Origin: Ramazzottius varieornatus
Taxonomy: Eukaryota; Animalia; Tardigrada
Assembly: GCA_001949185.1 (NCBI GenBank)
Contig: BDGG01000019.1
Coordinates: 213,231-277,230, forward strand
DNA: 64,000 nt
Direction: 5' to 3'
Made by a program: the position numbers and the translations under genes. The notes under the pieces were generated by a model. It worked only from the letters and a program-made list of their open reading frames with translations. It had not been told where the DNA came from and ran no database searches. Below, in pieces: positions 29,008-42,047 of this stretch; the stretch's first letter is position 1, and each line of letters opens with the position of its first letter.

Positions 29008-32000
29008 TTTTGTTTTGATTCCATGTTTAATTGTCGGTGACATGGCGGAAGTATTACGCACTCTTTTGAAGAAAGTTTTTACTGTTTATTGAATGGATGC
29101 GTGATATAGTTGACGTTTTATCGCTGAGGTGTTTTTTCAAGTTCCAAGAATTTAATGCAGCTTTGTCGATTTTTGACTTTGGAGCAGCATGTTTTTTACC
29201 CCAAAGGCTCGTGTTGTATGCTTAATTCCGCGGCTTCGGAAAAAAGTATGTGATAAATTGAATGGGGGATAAGTGCTGATATGTTTCGGATAATGTGCAT
29301 TACGACTACCACACGTCGATGTCGCCTTGCCTAGGACGATTACACGGGTGATCGGCAAAAATTCGGCAGTTTCTATATTGTATTAGCGCTATGCACGTGA
29401 TTGTATTCTCGATACTTCCTGTTTGTGGAATGATGGGTAGACACGATCATGATTAGTTTTACTGTCGAGAGCGAAGCAGAAGCAATTTCGTGCCCGAAAC
29501 GACTGAATAAAGTGACGACAGTATCGCTGCGCTCAATCTTGTCTGTCGAAGCGAAGAGAAGGAAGTGTGACCCTCCACGACTTGCCTCTACAGTTTCCTC
29601 CAACAGATCTCCCCTTCTCTTTTTCTAACTTCTTGCATAGCTCCGGAAGACAGGGAGGTGCAGGAGCTGGACGTCCTGCTGTGTGGATCAACAGATCGTC
29701 GTGAGTTATCGTCCTTGTGGCCTGATGTGGAATGTCTCGAATGTGGCATTCCTCCATGGCTGCTTGACAGCAAAGTGCCCGTTACACCATCACCCCCGGG
29801 CTCTGCTAAGATCAGTCACGAATATGGTACTGTGTAGTACAGTCTCTCGATCAGGGTTCTGCCAAGGCTGTATGCAAACGAAAGCGGAACGAAGAACCAG
29901 GTGAAGTACTTCAAGCAGTCTCGGACTCGTCTGGCCGGTCTTCCACCGTGGAACTTAAGATCAAGTCATCCGTTCGGTTTCAGCTAGAAGCTGGCCGATT
30001 CTTTCTCTTCGGTTCGTTATTTAGCTTGAAGGTCAACGAAAAAGGAGAAGTAGGCAAATAAATTCATCCAGATTCCTATCTGAAGCGGCGCACGTCTTCG
30101 TTGATGTTGTCTGCGAGGATGCGCCACTTGGAAACTGAGTATGGTGTCAGTTCAATTGGCGCACGATTTCGTTGTTACTGGCTGTGAGTGTGCGTCACTT
30201 CAGAAAACGATGTGGGTGAATTCCATATGTCGACGCCCCATGGCCAAATAGTGGCGCTTTCGGGATGTCTCGAAGGTCGATCTGGCGAACGATCAGTGTG
30301 GCTTCAGGTCCTGCTGTTTGTATGGTCAAGTCCTCGCGAAACATTCTCTATGTGGCTTGATGTTGCGGCTGGAATGCGACATTTTTCCCCGGCGTAAAGT
30401 GCCCATTACAGCCATGTTTTCCTTCGAGGCATAATAAACATCGCTTCTGTTTCGCTTTGTGTTTATTACTGTTGGAAAGTGAGCTGAGCCTACCAAGTTA
30501 CACTTTCCGTGTTGATGATCGTCTTTCGCAACATGACTGCTCGTCTTTTTTCGCTCGTTCATCTGTCGTCATTTTGAGGGTTGAATTTTATGGTTACGTT
30601 TGCTGGAAGGAGAAGAGTGATACTGGAGATGACCTCCCATGTACGCATTCTTCCGCCTTACGATGACTTGACTTTGTAACGAGACGTATCTCTCTCATTA
30701 TTCCTCGGCATCATCGTTCCGCTAGCGGAACTGCCCCGATAATGCTACTGATTTATTTGACACCCTTTTAGCCTCCAGTGCGATTTGCCCACAAATGCCA
30801 CAAGTAACACATGTGCCCCATCGCACATAATTGTCATTTAATCTTCCAACAACTTCCTCACATCTCGCCCGCATTACGACCTCATGCTAACATAACTCTT
30901 CATGGCGAGAAATGTGCTTCCTTAGATCTTCAGCTGCATACCCATAGCTGTAAGCTCGGCCAGAAAAAATCAACAAGGTATTTTCCAAGTGGCGCACGCT
31001 TACAGTATTACTTCCCGGAAGCTTGCGCCACTTGGGAAGGGGAACTTGACGAGTTTGACTGTGCTCCCAAGCAGCGCACATTCTCAGTGTGTTGTGCACA
31101 GGGCGTACGCCAATGGGGAAAACGATCTTGCAAACTTTATGTCGTGGCCCCCAATTTTCGTTCAACTGAAAAACGCGGAAACCACACAAGTTGAATAGAG
31201 GAGAAAAACGCATGCATAACTTTCTGCTACACGTTTTTGAATCGACCAGGAAGTATGGAGGAAAACTCACAGCCGCACCCTTTCCCTATATTATTCTGCA
31301 ACGTTAGTTCGATTGTCGATCAATTTGTGGTGATCTTGTTCTCACTCTAATTGACATATCGGTGTACGCTCTTTGCAGGGCGTAAAATGGCGATTGAGTT
31401 ATCAGATGAACGTGAGAACGGCGATGGTGTGAGCAAGCCACAGCTGGTGGACATCGTGGCCAGGGAACCTGATCCACGGAAGAAATTGTCATGTTCTCTT
31501 GTCAATAATCTTCACAGGCCACAGGCCGGAAGATTAAGTGCTGTGCCGGCAATGAGCCGTAAAAGTGGGAATATGTATCCCACAGGAAAGAATTGACAGG
31601 AGAGGACACAGTTGGTAAACGACATCATGTCATCGCTCCATTTCGGCTCCTTGAATTCAGTATGATATATTACATCGACTTTCAGTTTTATGAGGGCAAA
31701 TCTCACGCCATGCTGGGAAGCGCGAAGCAGGTGGAAGAACTCGACACACTTGTCGCACTTTCTCACTCTGAGGTCCAAAGCATAAAATGGGCATATGAAT
31801 CAAACTAGATTTGTCATCTCGAGTGGCGCGAGTTTCAGTGCTATTTGCTGGCATAGAGCGCCACTTCCAGAAGCGACTTTGCCAAGCTGTTTCCTCAAAG
31901 TGGCGAACTCTTTCAGTGTCATTGTCTTGAATCGTTCGCCACTGGGATAAGCGATCTGGTCGAGTGCGGTCGCTAAGCTTCCAGGTTTATTACGGCATCC

Positions 32001-33961
32001 AAATTCAATGAAGAAAGTATGGAGAAGACGACGAAACGTGAACCAAGACGCTGAGTGTTATTTTTCGCTGGTAAAATAAACATATCTTGACGGGCGTAAT
32101 ATCATGTCGGTTCCAAACACACGAATCGTCGCGACACATTCGTTAGCAATAAAAATAACGAAATGACAGATCGGCCGTGTGACTTTTCGGATGGTCCTAA
32201 CATTACTGACACCGCAGAAGTGTTATTTTGTTTAACACTCTGCGTACGACCGTCCTCTTCGTGTATACAGTCACTCAGTTTTATTCACCTCCCAGTTTTA
32301 GCTCTTGGTCTTTCGGTTCTGGGTCTTTTTGTTTGCATGTACCTCGGTTTTCTCACCAAAGCAACACTAATGACCAGCGGTCAGCAAAACCCCAGCACGC
32401 TGGAAATTTTTTCTACAGTTTCGGGTGGTTTTGGTGAAATCTGGTCTTTCGTCTCTTCGCGCGAGACACGTGCACGGTATTCGCTTAGAAAAACACTGGA
32501 GCACTGGGGACAGTCTTATCTATCGAAGCCGAGCCTGGGATAAATTTTGTAGTCATCAGTGCGGTCAGAAGAAAATCAAGACAACCAGTTCTCCCTCTTG
32601 ATATTTGGCGTTCATGGCCTGCCAATTATCCGAATTTTGAAATTTCGAAAATTGCCTATTGGTTGGACCAGCCTCCGAACACGGTACCAGCCAATAGAAT
32701 TCTTGTACACACAAAGAGGACGGTAGTATTCTGCAAACATGAAAACGATCCTGCTGAAAGTGTTAAACTATTTACACGTCGAAGGATATGACACTTAAGC
32801 GACCTAAAATGGCTCCAGTTTGTCGGCGACCTACACAGGGTTCTTCGCAGGGCTTGTTATGACTGAGAGTGTCAAGTTGGAATGACTTGGTGGACACGTG
32901 GGCTTTTTCTTCTGTTGAGGAAGAACCGATTGCGAAAGAGAGATGCATATGAGAGTGCTTGTGACCAAAATATGACAGCCGAGAGATTGGGTTACACACC
33001 CATCCCGCTTGTTTTCTTGGGCACATAAAGTATGGAGTTTAGGTTACAGTGAGTCGTGAGGAGACATATCCTGGTGAGTACCAATAGCAAATATGTCCCG
33101 TCTCATGCTCGCAGCCATCTTTACTAGATGTGGTTGAATCTCCCAACAAATCAGGAATGTTCCTTTGGCCATAAAAACTGCAGCTGGACAACTTTGCTGC
33201 GTTATGAATATACCTTTACCTTGACTGGGTTTTTTGACTGGGTTTGAACACCGCTCAAATTCGAAGACTGAAAAACAACAGCTAATGCGTCAAAGTTCTA
33301 CGATCATGTTTCGAAAACTGTCACGATTATTGAACGGAATAACCAGTTCCGACTTCCGACCACGCAGAAATGACTAATTGTCCTGATATTCGATTTATCA
33401 CACCGGTCCGCTTAAACGGTCCCGCACTGCTTTTTTGCTTGCAGCAAAAAAGCGTTTTTCTACGTATCTTCCCTTGATTTATGTAGAGTACTAAAGGTTG
33501 CAGTTTGAGTAGTGGAGGCATGATCCCAAGCTCCGAGTTTACATGAAGTTCTAAATTAGTGTAGAGGCGGAACTCGGTATGAACTCGGGGCAACGCTGTC
33601 AAGAGTGGAAGGAGTCCATCACGGCCCCTCCCCAGCGATCAAAGAAGGGCGGTTCACAAATCGTCTACATGCAGGAGATACAAGGAAGGAAAGGAGCTGA
33701 CACGGGTATCAGTTGACAGATGAGAAAAGTGTCCGGTTTAGCGTTTGTAAGGCCGACAGCCGGGTACATCTGGTGTTCTCTAACATGCAACAGTTGGATA
33801 CACCACTTTATTCTTTCGTGTAAATTGTTGCATGTTTCAAGGAATAGTCTTCGAACTCGCTTTTCAGAAGTTCGAACAACTGGTTCTTTTAAATCTTGTC
33901 AGCTTTGTTCTTTGCATTCGCCTCTTATATTCTACTACTCGCGCTTCAGTCTTCTTCCGAC

Positions 33962-35111
33962 ATGTCCACTTGCAGAGGAAGCTCAACAGAGTCGGATACT
34001 GACATCAAGAGCCCGACCCGGAAGCTCAACGGGAAGTTAGCGGCCACCAGCAGACGGAATTTACGAACCCCGAAATGCGCAAGGTAAAACTGATCTTAGC
34101 GCAATTATTTCTAAGTTCATTTCTGAGTTCCAGCTGATGAAGAAATAAGGTAATTCAAAGTAAACCGTTGTGTGTTTTTGCAGATGCAGAAATCACGGAG
34201 TGGTATCGTGCTTGAAAGGTCACAAGCGTTTTTGTCGCTGGCGCGATTGTCAGTGCGCCAGTTGTTTGCTGGTTGTGGAGCGGCAAAGGGTTATGGCTGC
34301 CCAAGTTGCTTTAAGAAGGTAAGAACCTGAACTTCCTCATCGACAAAAGTTTGGGTAACCTCCTTGCGGAAATGCATAGTCAGACACTTTTTCGACGACG
34401 TAAGTATTAGTTTTGTGGCCCGGAAACTACGTTTCGGCATGAGATATCGGGCCAGCATAACCCTTTACATCTTCCTGTAGGCAGCAAGCTCCTTCGTCGT
34501 CTCAAGGAGATAAACTGGCCGACGAAGTGCGCATATCGAAGCTCCGCTCAGCGGAAGAGATCCTCCAACAGCGACGCACACTCCACCGGGCGCTCAAGCA
34601 GCAGGCGCAGTCCTCCGTCTCCCGCCCTGCACATGCCAGCTATCGCAACAGAATGCTCCGAGCCGCCGCCCATCAGTCCACACCCTACGGACCAGGAAGT
34701 TATCCCAGCACGTACCTGGTCGAGCACTACTTGAACGAGACCTTACGAAGACGTCGTCAAGGCCTGATGGATAAACAGCCGGAGCCAGCTACAGCCTCGC
34801 AATCTCAGGTTTCGTTGCCCTACAGTTCGTCCTTCTTGCCACTGTCAGTTCCGCTGGTGTGCAACCCCTTTTACCTCAGCAACCTCCAGGAAAATCTGTA
34901 CCGAAGCGTGACACGTTCCCCGGTCGAAATCAAGGTGGAATCTCAGTCTGAGCTTGGATCACAATCCAGCGTGGCATGTGATGGTCCAAAATCGGCGTTT
35001 ACTCCGGTCCGACAGCAGGACACAATCCAATCAAAGCGATTCGAGGCATCGAGTAGAAGTGGAGACGTTTGTAAGAAAACCGGATTCTCCATTCTTGATA
35101 TTTTAGCCTAA
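33962..35111 (+). CDS. DMRT2: DM-domain transcription factor, DMRT2/Dmrt11E class (exons 33962-34083, 34184-34318, 34481-35111)
   Basis: [55 protein letters not shown] across two introns. The spliced frame is 888 nt and ends FSILDILA. Confidence 0.9.
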
Positions 35112-35399
35112 CTTGATAAATTCGCGAATGAATACAATAACTCGTTATGTTGCCTAACATGAACACAAGGTTCTCGTATGGAATTTGCAGGACAGCTACC
35201 TATCGATATCTCTCCTCTGTTCGAGCAAAAAACACGATGAAGTACTTTACTGTTGTTGTCCGCAGATGCGTAAGGACCTTACCACTATTATTGTACGGCC
35301 AGCCAAAAACCGTGAGCTTTGTGGCCGAGAAAGAAGCCTAGCGGTCTGCTGTTTAAGACTTATTGTTGGATTAAGTTTTAATACATTGTGTCGGTTCAA

Positions 35400-35470
35400 G
35401 CGTTGGTGGTTCAGTGGTAGAATGCTCGCCTGCCACGCGGGCGACCCGGGTTCGATTCCCGGCCAACGCA
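35400..35470 (+). tRNA. tRNA-Gly (anticodon GCC)
   Basis: GCGTTGG...CCAACGCA acceptor stem, anticodon loop CTGCCAC, T-loop GGTTCGATTCC, followed by a T6 Pol III terminator. Confidence 0.97.
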
Positions 35471-35659
35471 GTTTTTTGGCTTTTCAGTTCCCATTCACTT
35501 GTTGCGCATCGTTACAAAAGCCGATGCCAGTATTTCGGTAAGTTACTTCAAGTGATTTCTCTCCTGTTTCAGCCTAGAATCCGGCCAGTTTAGCTGAATT
35601 TACGAGAGGATTATACCTATCCCGACGCGCCGATAGTCAAACCGACCCGGCCAAACTAT

Positions 35660-35991
35660 AGAAGAGAGTGTCTTCTATAATCTGAGCTAGGTAGCTAAAG
35701 AGGAAGAAGGCAAAGTATGTTGACATCGGCCAGCAGTTCTCCTTCTATCCAGTCGGACTGGAGACCTTTGGACCGTGGGGACCTTCAGCAACGGAACTTT
35801 TTGAGACAGTTGGTAAAAAGATGCTTGAGATAACTGGAGAGGCTCGTTCTTTACAATTTTTTAAGCAGCGCGAGTCTATTGACATTCAGCGTGGTAATTG
35901 TTTTTGTGTTATTTCAACTGTTAAAGATCAGAAAGGGGTTGATGAGGTGTTTTTTGTTTTGGATGTTAAAAGGGGAAAATCTATACCGTAA
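35660..35991 (+). mobile_element. 5'-truncated CRE-like non-LTR retrotransposon fragment (restriction-like endonuclease C-terminus)
   Basis: Translates to KYVDIGQQFSFYPVGLETFGPWGPSATELFETVGKKM...FFKQRESIDIQRGN, the KY...P...ETxG...QRxSxxIQRGN tail of RLE-type elements. Confidence 0.7.
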
Positions 35992-36399
35992 GCTTTTGAC
36001 GTGTTTTTCCTTGTTTAGATTTGTCTTTCTTCTTTTTGGAAACTGAATATTATCTTGAAAAAAGACACCCCATCAGGTAGCTAAATCCCCCGACGATCCT
36101 GGAATGAACTATAGGATTCGGAAATGAAAGTTTATTGACCGCTCCAGTATGCCGCGATGACTAAGCTCTCTGATTGCGAGTGTTGATTCGCACTTTTGAG
36201 TATAATGCGCCACTAAGTGAACCGAAGTGCCAGGCCTTTTTATTTTTGCTCTGACCACTGGTCACACAGCATGGAACATACTGTAGCGTCTAAGACGGTA
36301 CCACTGCAGTAGCTCTGTGTCCAACTTTTAAGGAGGCTTTCCGTCAGCCAGCTCTTGAGTAAACATTTGGTCTGTCAACTCAAGACACAACCTGGTCAA

Positions 36400-36576
36400 A
36401 AACGAGATACTGTATTCCCCCGATATCTTTGCGAACCCCGTTACTCGTGGCGCCACCTACAGGACGTACGTCATCCATACAGACGCGCCTATCCGCCGTA
36501 CGTCATGTACGTTTCATAGGTGGCGCCATGGGTATCGGGCTTCGTGGAGACATCGGGGAATACAGTAGTCTCTCGA
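36400..36576. mobile_element. Foldback/MITE-like element
   Basis: GAGATACTGTATTCCCCCGATATC is inverted against GACATCGGGGAATACAGTAGTCTC. An inner inverted pair is TGGCGCCACCTA / TAGGTGGCGCCA. Confidence 0.7.
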
Positions 36577-37604
36577 AATTTTCAGAAAGCTGCTAGCCAG
36601 TTCACGACTTTCTTAACTGGAAGTGACAAAGTTTCCGAAAGCAAACGTGAAAATTTGAGACGAAAAGGTTCAACAGTAGGCATTCCGCAAGGCTTTTGGG
36701 GTGCGCCAGGCAACTGGGGTACCCCCTTGGTCTTTTAAATGTTAAAGAAGACATCTTTCGGTACAAGCAGCATCCCTGTCAAAGTTTCAGATCGGAGGAA
36801 CACGGCAACCACGACGACAAGCGCGAAAAGTGAAGAACCGAAATGAGAGAGCTCGGGCTGATGACTCTGACAAGAATATCATTGACCGAACTAGGCTAGA
36901 TAGTGTTTCTTCGACTCTGGTGATGTTAAAGAACTCCGGAAACGTGTCTGAAAGTGTCAGATGGCTTCGTCTTTTTAATTCTTCGTGTAAAATGTGGTTA
37001 ATGAGACCAGATTCTTTTTTTCAGGGAATTCAAATGTGTCGAACTCAATTAGAATCTGGTCCGTCGCCCGTATATAAGATGGCTTTCTGCCAAAATGATG
37101 AATAGATTTGCACCGTCGCACTATTTTGCGTGAGTCCATCTGAAAATTACCAGCACTTATCAATGGGTTCTCGACGTTCAGATCATCACAAAGTAAATTA
37201 AATGCGGCGCGGAATGACGGAAATGTTGGTATTGAGATTTTCGCTAATGATAATCTTCAGAAATTTGGTTTTATCCGCGCCTTTGAAGGTCTCCTGGTAT
37301 TCAATCAACAATGCCGTCCGTCGACCTCCAGATGAACCGGGACAGTTTAGAAACGATAAGAGGTGAGCTATCCGCTTTTTGTACCACAGATTTCGTTGAC
37401 ATCGGTACGCAGGATCCGCTTTAGAGTCTTTATCTTCAGTCTACCAAGTATTATTACTCCCATTGGGAATAATACTGAGAACCTTAGGTTCCCAAGTTCG
37501 GGTTTACAGTCGTCTGTTTAACAGCTGTAAGCTCGTACGCTGTGTCGAAAATTCAAGAAGTTTTCGTTTAACGCTCGATAGTCCACAGCTTTAAACATAA
37601 CGTT

Positions 37605-37883
37605 ATGATGATTGTCACGAGATTGTTACTTGTTCTGTTTTGCAGTGGGCTCGTCGGAGGACAAACTGCAGGAGCGACTATGGCCGCGGGAGCCGGTACA
37701 TGGCTAGTCTGTTATCCTGGCGGTATGGGTCCCTGCATGACATTTGTTGTGCCTCCGGGGCTTAACCATGGACTTCGCCCGATCCAGCAGCTTCCTCCTC
37801 CGGCATCTCCGAGCCACGACATCCACTTGACCAACGTCACTTTCACCAACGGGACTAACAATATTACTAATTGCAAAAAATAA
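37605..37883 (+). CDS. Small secreted orphan peptide (92 aa)
   Basis: Signal peptide MMIVTRLLLVLFCSGLVGG, a Cys pair in LVCYPGGMGPC, a Pro-rich linker and an Asn/Thr tail. A paralog lies at 588-933. Confidence 0.65.
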   Translation: MMIVTRLLLVLFCSGLVGGQTAGATMAAGAGTWLVCYPGGMGPCMTFVVPPGLNHGLRPIQQLPPPASPSHDIHLTNVTFTNGTNNITNCKK

Positions 37884-38126
37884 TTTGCTGCTTTGTCAGA
37901 CTGTCATTAAGTCACTTGAAACTTCAAAGTTCAAAATTTTAAAATCCTAACTTTTCAACATCGTTGCTTCACTAGGCTAGTAATTGTTTCGTTTTTTGCA
38001 TCCTCGATAGCGCCTTGCATCATATGCCACATTTCTGTAACTAGTGGGCGGCACGTTACAGTCTCCGACAGACGTCGCTAATCTGGTTCCTCAGATCCTT
38101 TCCGGCAATTAGAGGTGCACTCTGCG

Positions 38127-38448
38127 TACGAGGGAGAGGTTGTAAAGTTAGCCGCCCCATACCGGGTTTGTAAAGTTAGCCGTCTAAGTTCGCCTGCTCT
38201 CTACTACTCAATCCCAAACTTTTAAGGACAGATCGACAAATAAAATAATGAGTTGTCGAATGGTATCAAGCACAGTCAACACGAGGAGTTAGAGAATCCA
38301 AGAGATCCGCAATTAGAAGAACGTTGAAATCTCATGTTAAAAAGCCAAGACTGACAATCAAATAGTCAATCAAGCGATAGACGCTACAGCCGTGGCTAAC
38401 TTTACAACCCGGTACGGGGTGGCTACGTTTACAACCTTTACCTCGTAT
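38127..38448. mobile_element. Mariner-like MITE
   Basis: TACGAGG...GGTTGTAAAGTTAGCC is inverted against GGCTAACTTTACAACC...CCTCGTA, with TA flanks. Confidence 0.75.
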
Positions 38449-38781
38449 ACATCCAAACCCATGACTTGAACACTGAAAGGTTACTCAAACGAGTCACGCA
38501 AACCTGAATAGCTATTTTCTAATCATAATTGGGTCATTTTTCTGGGTCCGCGACCGCATAACTGCCCGCGTCTCGATCCCGTTAAATACCGTACGTACAT
38601 ACGTAAGAAAGCATACAACCTCGACAAACATGCCGCAGGGAATCATTCAACGGAAGGTTTCGTGGCTCCTTGCGGGAGCACAAAGTTTCTGAATCAAAGT
38701 TCCACAAAGCTTTTCTATCGCCGAATCGCCGATAGCCTTTAGTCGATTTCCCTGTCTGGCATTATTTTAGTTTACGATAAG

Positions 38782-40348
38782 ATGAATAACACAACTGGTT
38801 GTATGTTCAGGTCGAATGATTCCAGTGTCCCCTGCACCGATGTCCACAATACTAACTCTAACTTGCTGATCCAAATCGGTGACCCTCAAGAGACCATACG
38901 GGCGTTCTTAACCATCCCGATAGCCTTGATCGGTTCCCTGGGGAGCTGCGGTTCACTATGGTCGATCTGGCATGATAGTCTCCACCAGAAGACCACGGCC
39001 AACCTGATGTTCGTAAACATGTCTATCGCCACTTTATTCTTATGCGGCATCCATAACTCCATGGCAATTTACACCATTCTGACACCCTTCGAAAACGACA
39101 TTTTCCGCTATCCCCAGAACGACGGACTGTGTCAGTTCGAGTCCTTCTTTTACTGGGTGTGCCTGTGTGCTTGCTCGAACAGTCATGTCGTGACAGCGTT
39201 GGACAGGGTGCACTCGGTTTACCGACTAGGGCACCGCAAAAATTCTTCGTGGTTCTTAGTCGGAGTGTCATGGGTTCTACCTGTCGTTATCTCGGCGTTT
39301 CCGCTCTTCCACCTGGGCGGCGTTTACGGGTTCGCCGACGCGGCCAGACGTTGTGCTTTTGTGAAGATGGACTCTAAAGCCTACAGGGTCGCTTACAAGT
39401 TTATCAGCGGCATCATTCCTCTCCTACTCATGGTACCGTGTTATATGGCCGTGTTCCACAAAGTCTACCTGTCGCAGCGGAGAGTGCAACAGTATCCCGT
39501 ACAAGGTAGAAAACCCTAAATTATGTTCTCATGCTCTGCCCGTTTATCTGAAGTTTACCAATTTAGTAACTGCTTGGCAAATGAATTCGCGCGGATCGTT
39601 TTTCCAAATAGCCCACGCACTCGGTCAATAACGATGATGACGTGTGCCACTTGAGACAACGATCTGGCTGGGATCATTCACTGAGGTTCTATTAAGTGAA
39701 AGATGTTAATACTGTAGCTGAAGTCTGCTTTTTGATTTTCAGTTATAGGGAGAAACCGGGTTGATACGAATATGCGACGTGCCCAAGACTATCGTCAACG
39801 AGTCCACCAAATGCGGACGGAGGTCCGTATGTCCAAAATTGCCGGTATTACCTGCCTAATTTTCATCCTGTGCTTCCTTCCGGCATCAATTTTTGGTATC
39901 GTTGCTGCGCCCATGTTGGCTCATTCGCAGTCTTCTACGTCCAAGTGGCTTCAATTACTGCAATGGTTTGGTACGTTAATTAAGGTGCCACCGATTACGC
40001 TCAGCACGCCAGGCCTAGGCGTGCCTCGGCCTGGGCGTAATCAATTTACGCAATCAACTTTGATTATGGCGAAATAATCTAGCCGGTATGAATTACTGAT
40101 ATTATCTGATTTTCGTCTTTTCATTGTCAGGTTGCGCCATTAGCCCAGTGGTATACCTCTTGTTGAACTCAACCTTGCGGCACCATGCCGGGACACAGTT
40201 CTCCAGCCTCTTCGGATGCGATAAAAAGCGCCAAAAGGCCGTAACCCGCTTCAGCCTGCAAAGTCTAGCTGGACCGAATATGAATCTTGAACCATCTCTC
40301 ACGGTATCTTCGCAAGAAAGACTTTTGAGCTTGATTCGGAAATACTGA
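38782..40348 (+). CDS. Class A (rhodopsin-like) GPCR, 3 exons
   Basis: Seven hydrophobic helices, N-terminal NxT/S sites, TM3 Cys (LCQF), ALDRV (DRY-like), CFLP in TM6 and ISPVVY (NPxxY-like). Confidence 0.88.
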
Positions 40349-40790
40349 AAGTTCCGAAAGCTCAAAGAGCAACGCGCCGAACAAGTAATTTCAGAGGTTT
40401 ATTTTGTACGCTGTACCCTTCACGTTCTTTTGGATCGAAGTTACGTTCGCGACCAAGCCTTGTATCGATCGCATTGCAAGGATGTGCAAACTTGAGACTC
40501 ATACTGCTGAAATGTTGACGCAGCTTTTTCCTCTGAGCTCAACATTCGGTTCCGCACATTCATGTAAATTTAGCATCGTTATGAATGGAAGGACTGTGCA
40601 TAGTTTAGACACTGTGTTGTGTGTACTACAGTTACAACCGGCGACTCAAAATAACATCATCAGCTGACTACGCAGATCATGTCAAGCAGGAAGATCAGAT
40701 TTCCGCAAATTCCTGTCTTCAGAAAACTCAAACATCTGATTGAGATCGGCATTCTTCCGGATGAGGTAACGTGAAGGGTTTTCGAGACAG

Positions 40791-41788
40791 ATGTCTGGAG
40801 GTACGGGAATGCAGTCCAGCCGATCACCCAGTGCTTTCTCAGCTCTGGATCTTCCCTTGATGTGTAATGCTTTTCCACTGTTTCGTGAGAAATGTGCAGC
40901 AATTGAGTCCACGGAGCATTACGGATCGGAGCAACGCGTTACCCTTCAGCAGGAACTGGCTGAGTTGGAAGAACAGAATGTGCAAGCGAACAGAGGCTTC
41001 GACGAGCAAGAAGAGAAGCTAAAGACGGAAGTTGCAAATTTAGAGAAATTGCTCAAGAGGATACCTGCCAAGAAAACTGCGGATGAGGAAAGATTGTCGA
41101 TTGCCGCCATGAAACGGCTGGTTGAAAGGTATGTTCATGAGAAACACCGGCACTCTCACTCTGTTCATGATCAGCAGACTCCGCTGTGATGAACGCGCAT
41201 ACAAATTTCCTTTCTTGTTTTAGAAAAAACAATCTAACGGATCTTTACAAGGAAAAACTGAGGAAGTACGGTGGTTATTACTACCGACGATGTCAACGTT
41301 TCTGTGCATTTTCACGTGCAATGTACTTCGACAGTTCAATTTATACCATACACATTCGCTGTTTCTGCAGGACTCGAGAGTTTCACGCAGTGCGAATGGA
41401 TAAGTGAGTATCATCGCGAAATTACAAGATTGTTCTAGCTGCCGGAAGCAGCTGCTCGTAAGCTTGCGAAAGAGCCTGGATCCGATCCTATTGAGGGGTT
41501 TTTTCAGGCAAGGAACTCAGACGATATTGCAGAAAGGCAGAGCTGTGAAGCTGGCTGCCGCGCTGGAGGACTTGCTCGATTGGGAACTTGCTCATTTCTA
41601 CTTGCCACAACAAGCACTGGACGCCATGCGAAATCGAAGTTTGTTCTGTTCTAGCGCCTGGAGGTTCTTCAGTTCGAACTCTAACTAAACAGGCGTCTGT
41701 TTTGCTTGCAGTGCAAACGGTTCAGAATCTGATTGCACAGTACGACAAGGGGACAGATCAGCTGAACAATACAGCAGTGTCGCTGTGA
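40791..41788 (+). CDS. Multi-exon coiled-coil protein of unknown function
   Basis: Heptad-rich LQQELAELEEQNVQANRGFDEQEEKLKTEVANLEKLLK, with GT-AG junctions at ~41129/41223 and downstream. The exact exon chain and start are uncertain. Confidence 0.5.
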
Positions 41789-42047
41789 CGTTACTGCAAA
41801 AACTGACGTCACACCAGCCAACATTGATTTCTTCATTTTCTCAGTTCTTCCTCTGTACAGAAACTGTTCGGGGAAAAATGGACCGCTGACTGAACACTAA
41901 CTTTAATTCGAAAGTCTTAAAAGCGGTTTTTAAATTCTTTTAACTGACTTCAACGACTCTGTAGCCTGCCCGTCTGTATTTTGTCCTGGTTGTTGAGAAA
42001 TTTGCGGAATTAATTTAATTTCGTCGGTATTGCGTGCGAGAGCAGTC

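Noticed and set aside
29373-29904. Short ORFs downstream of WDR48
   Set aside because: No motifs or coherent splice chain.
38782-40348. GPCR considered as an opsin
   Set aside because: No Lys at the retinal-binding position in TM7 (LQWFGCAISPVVY).
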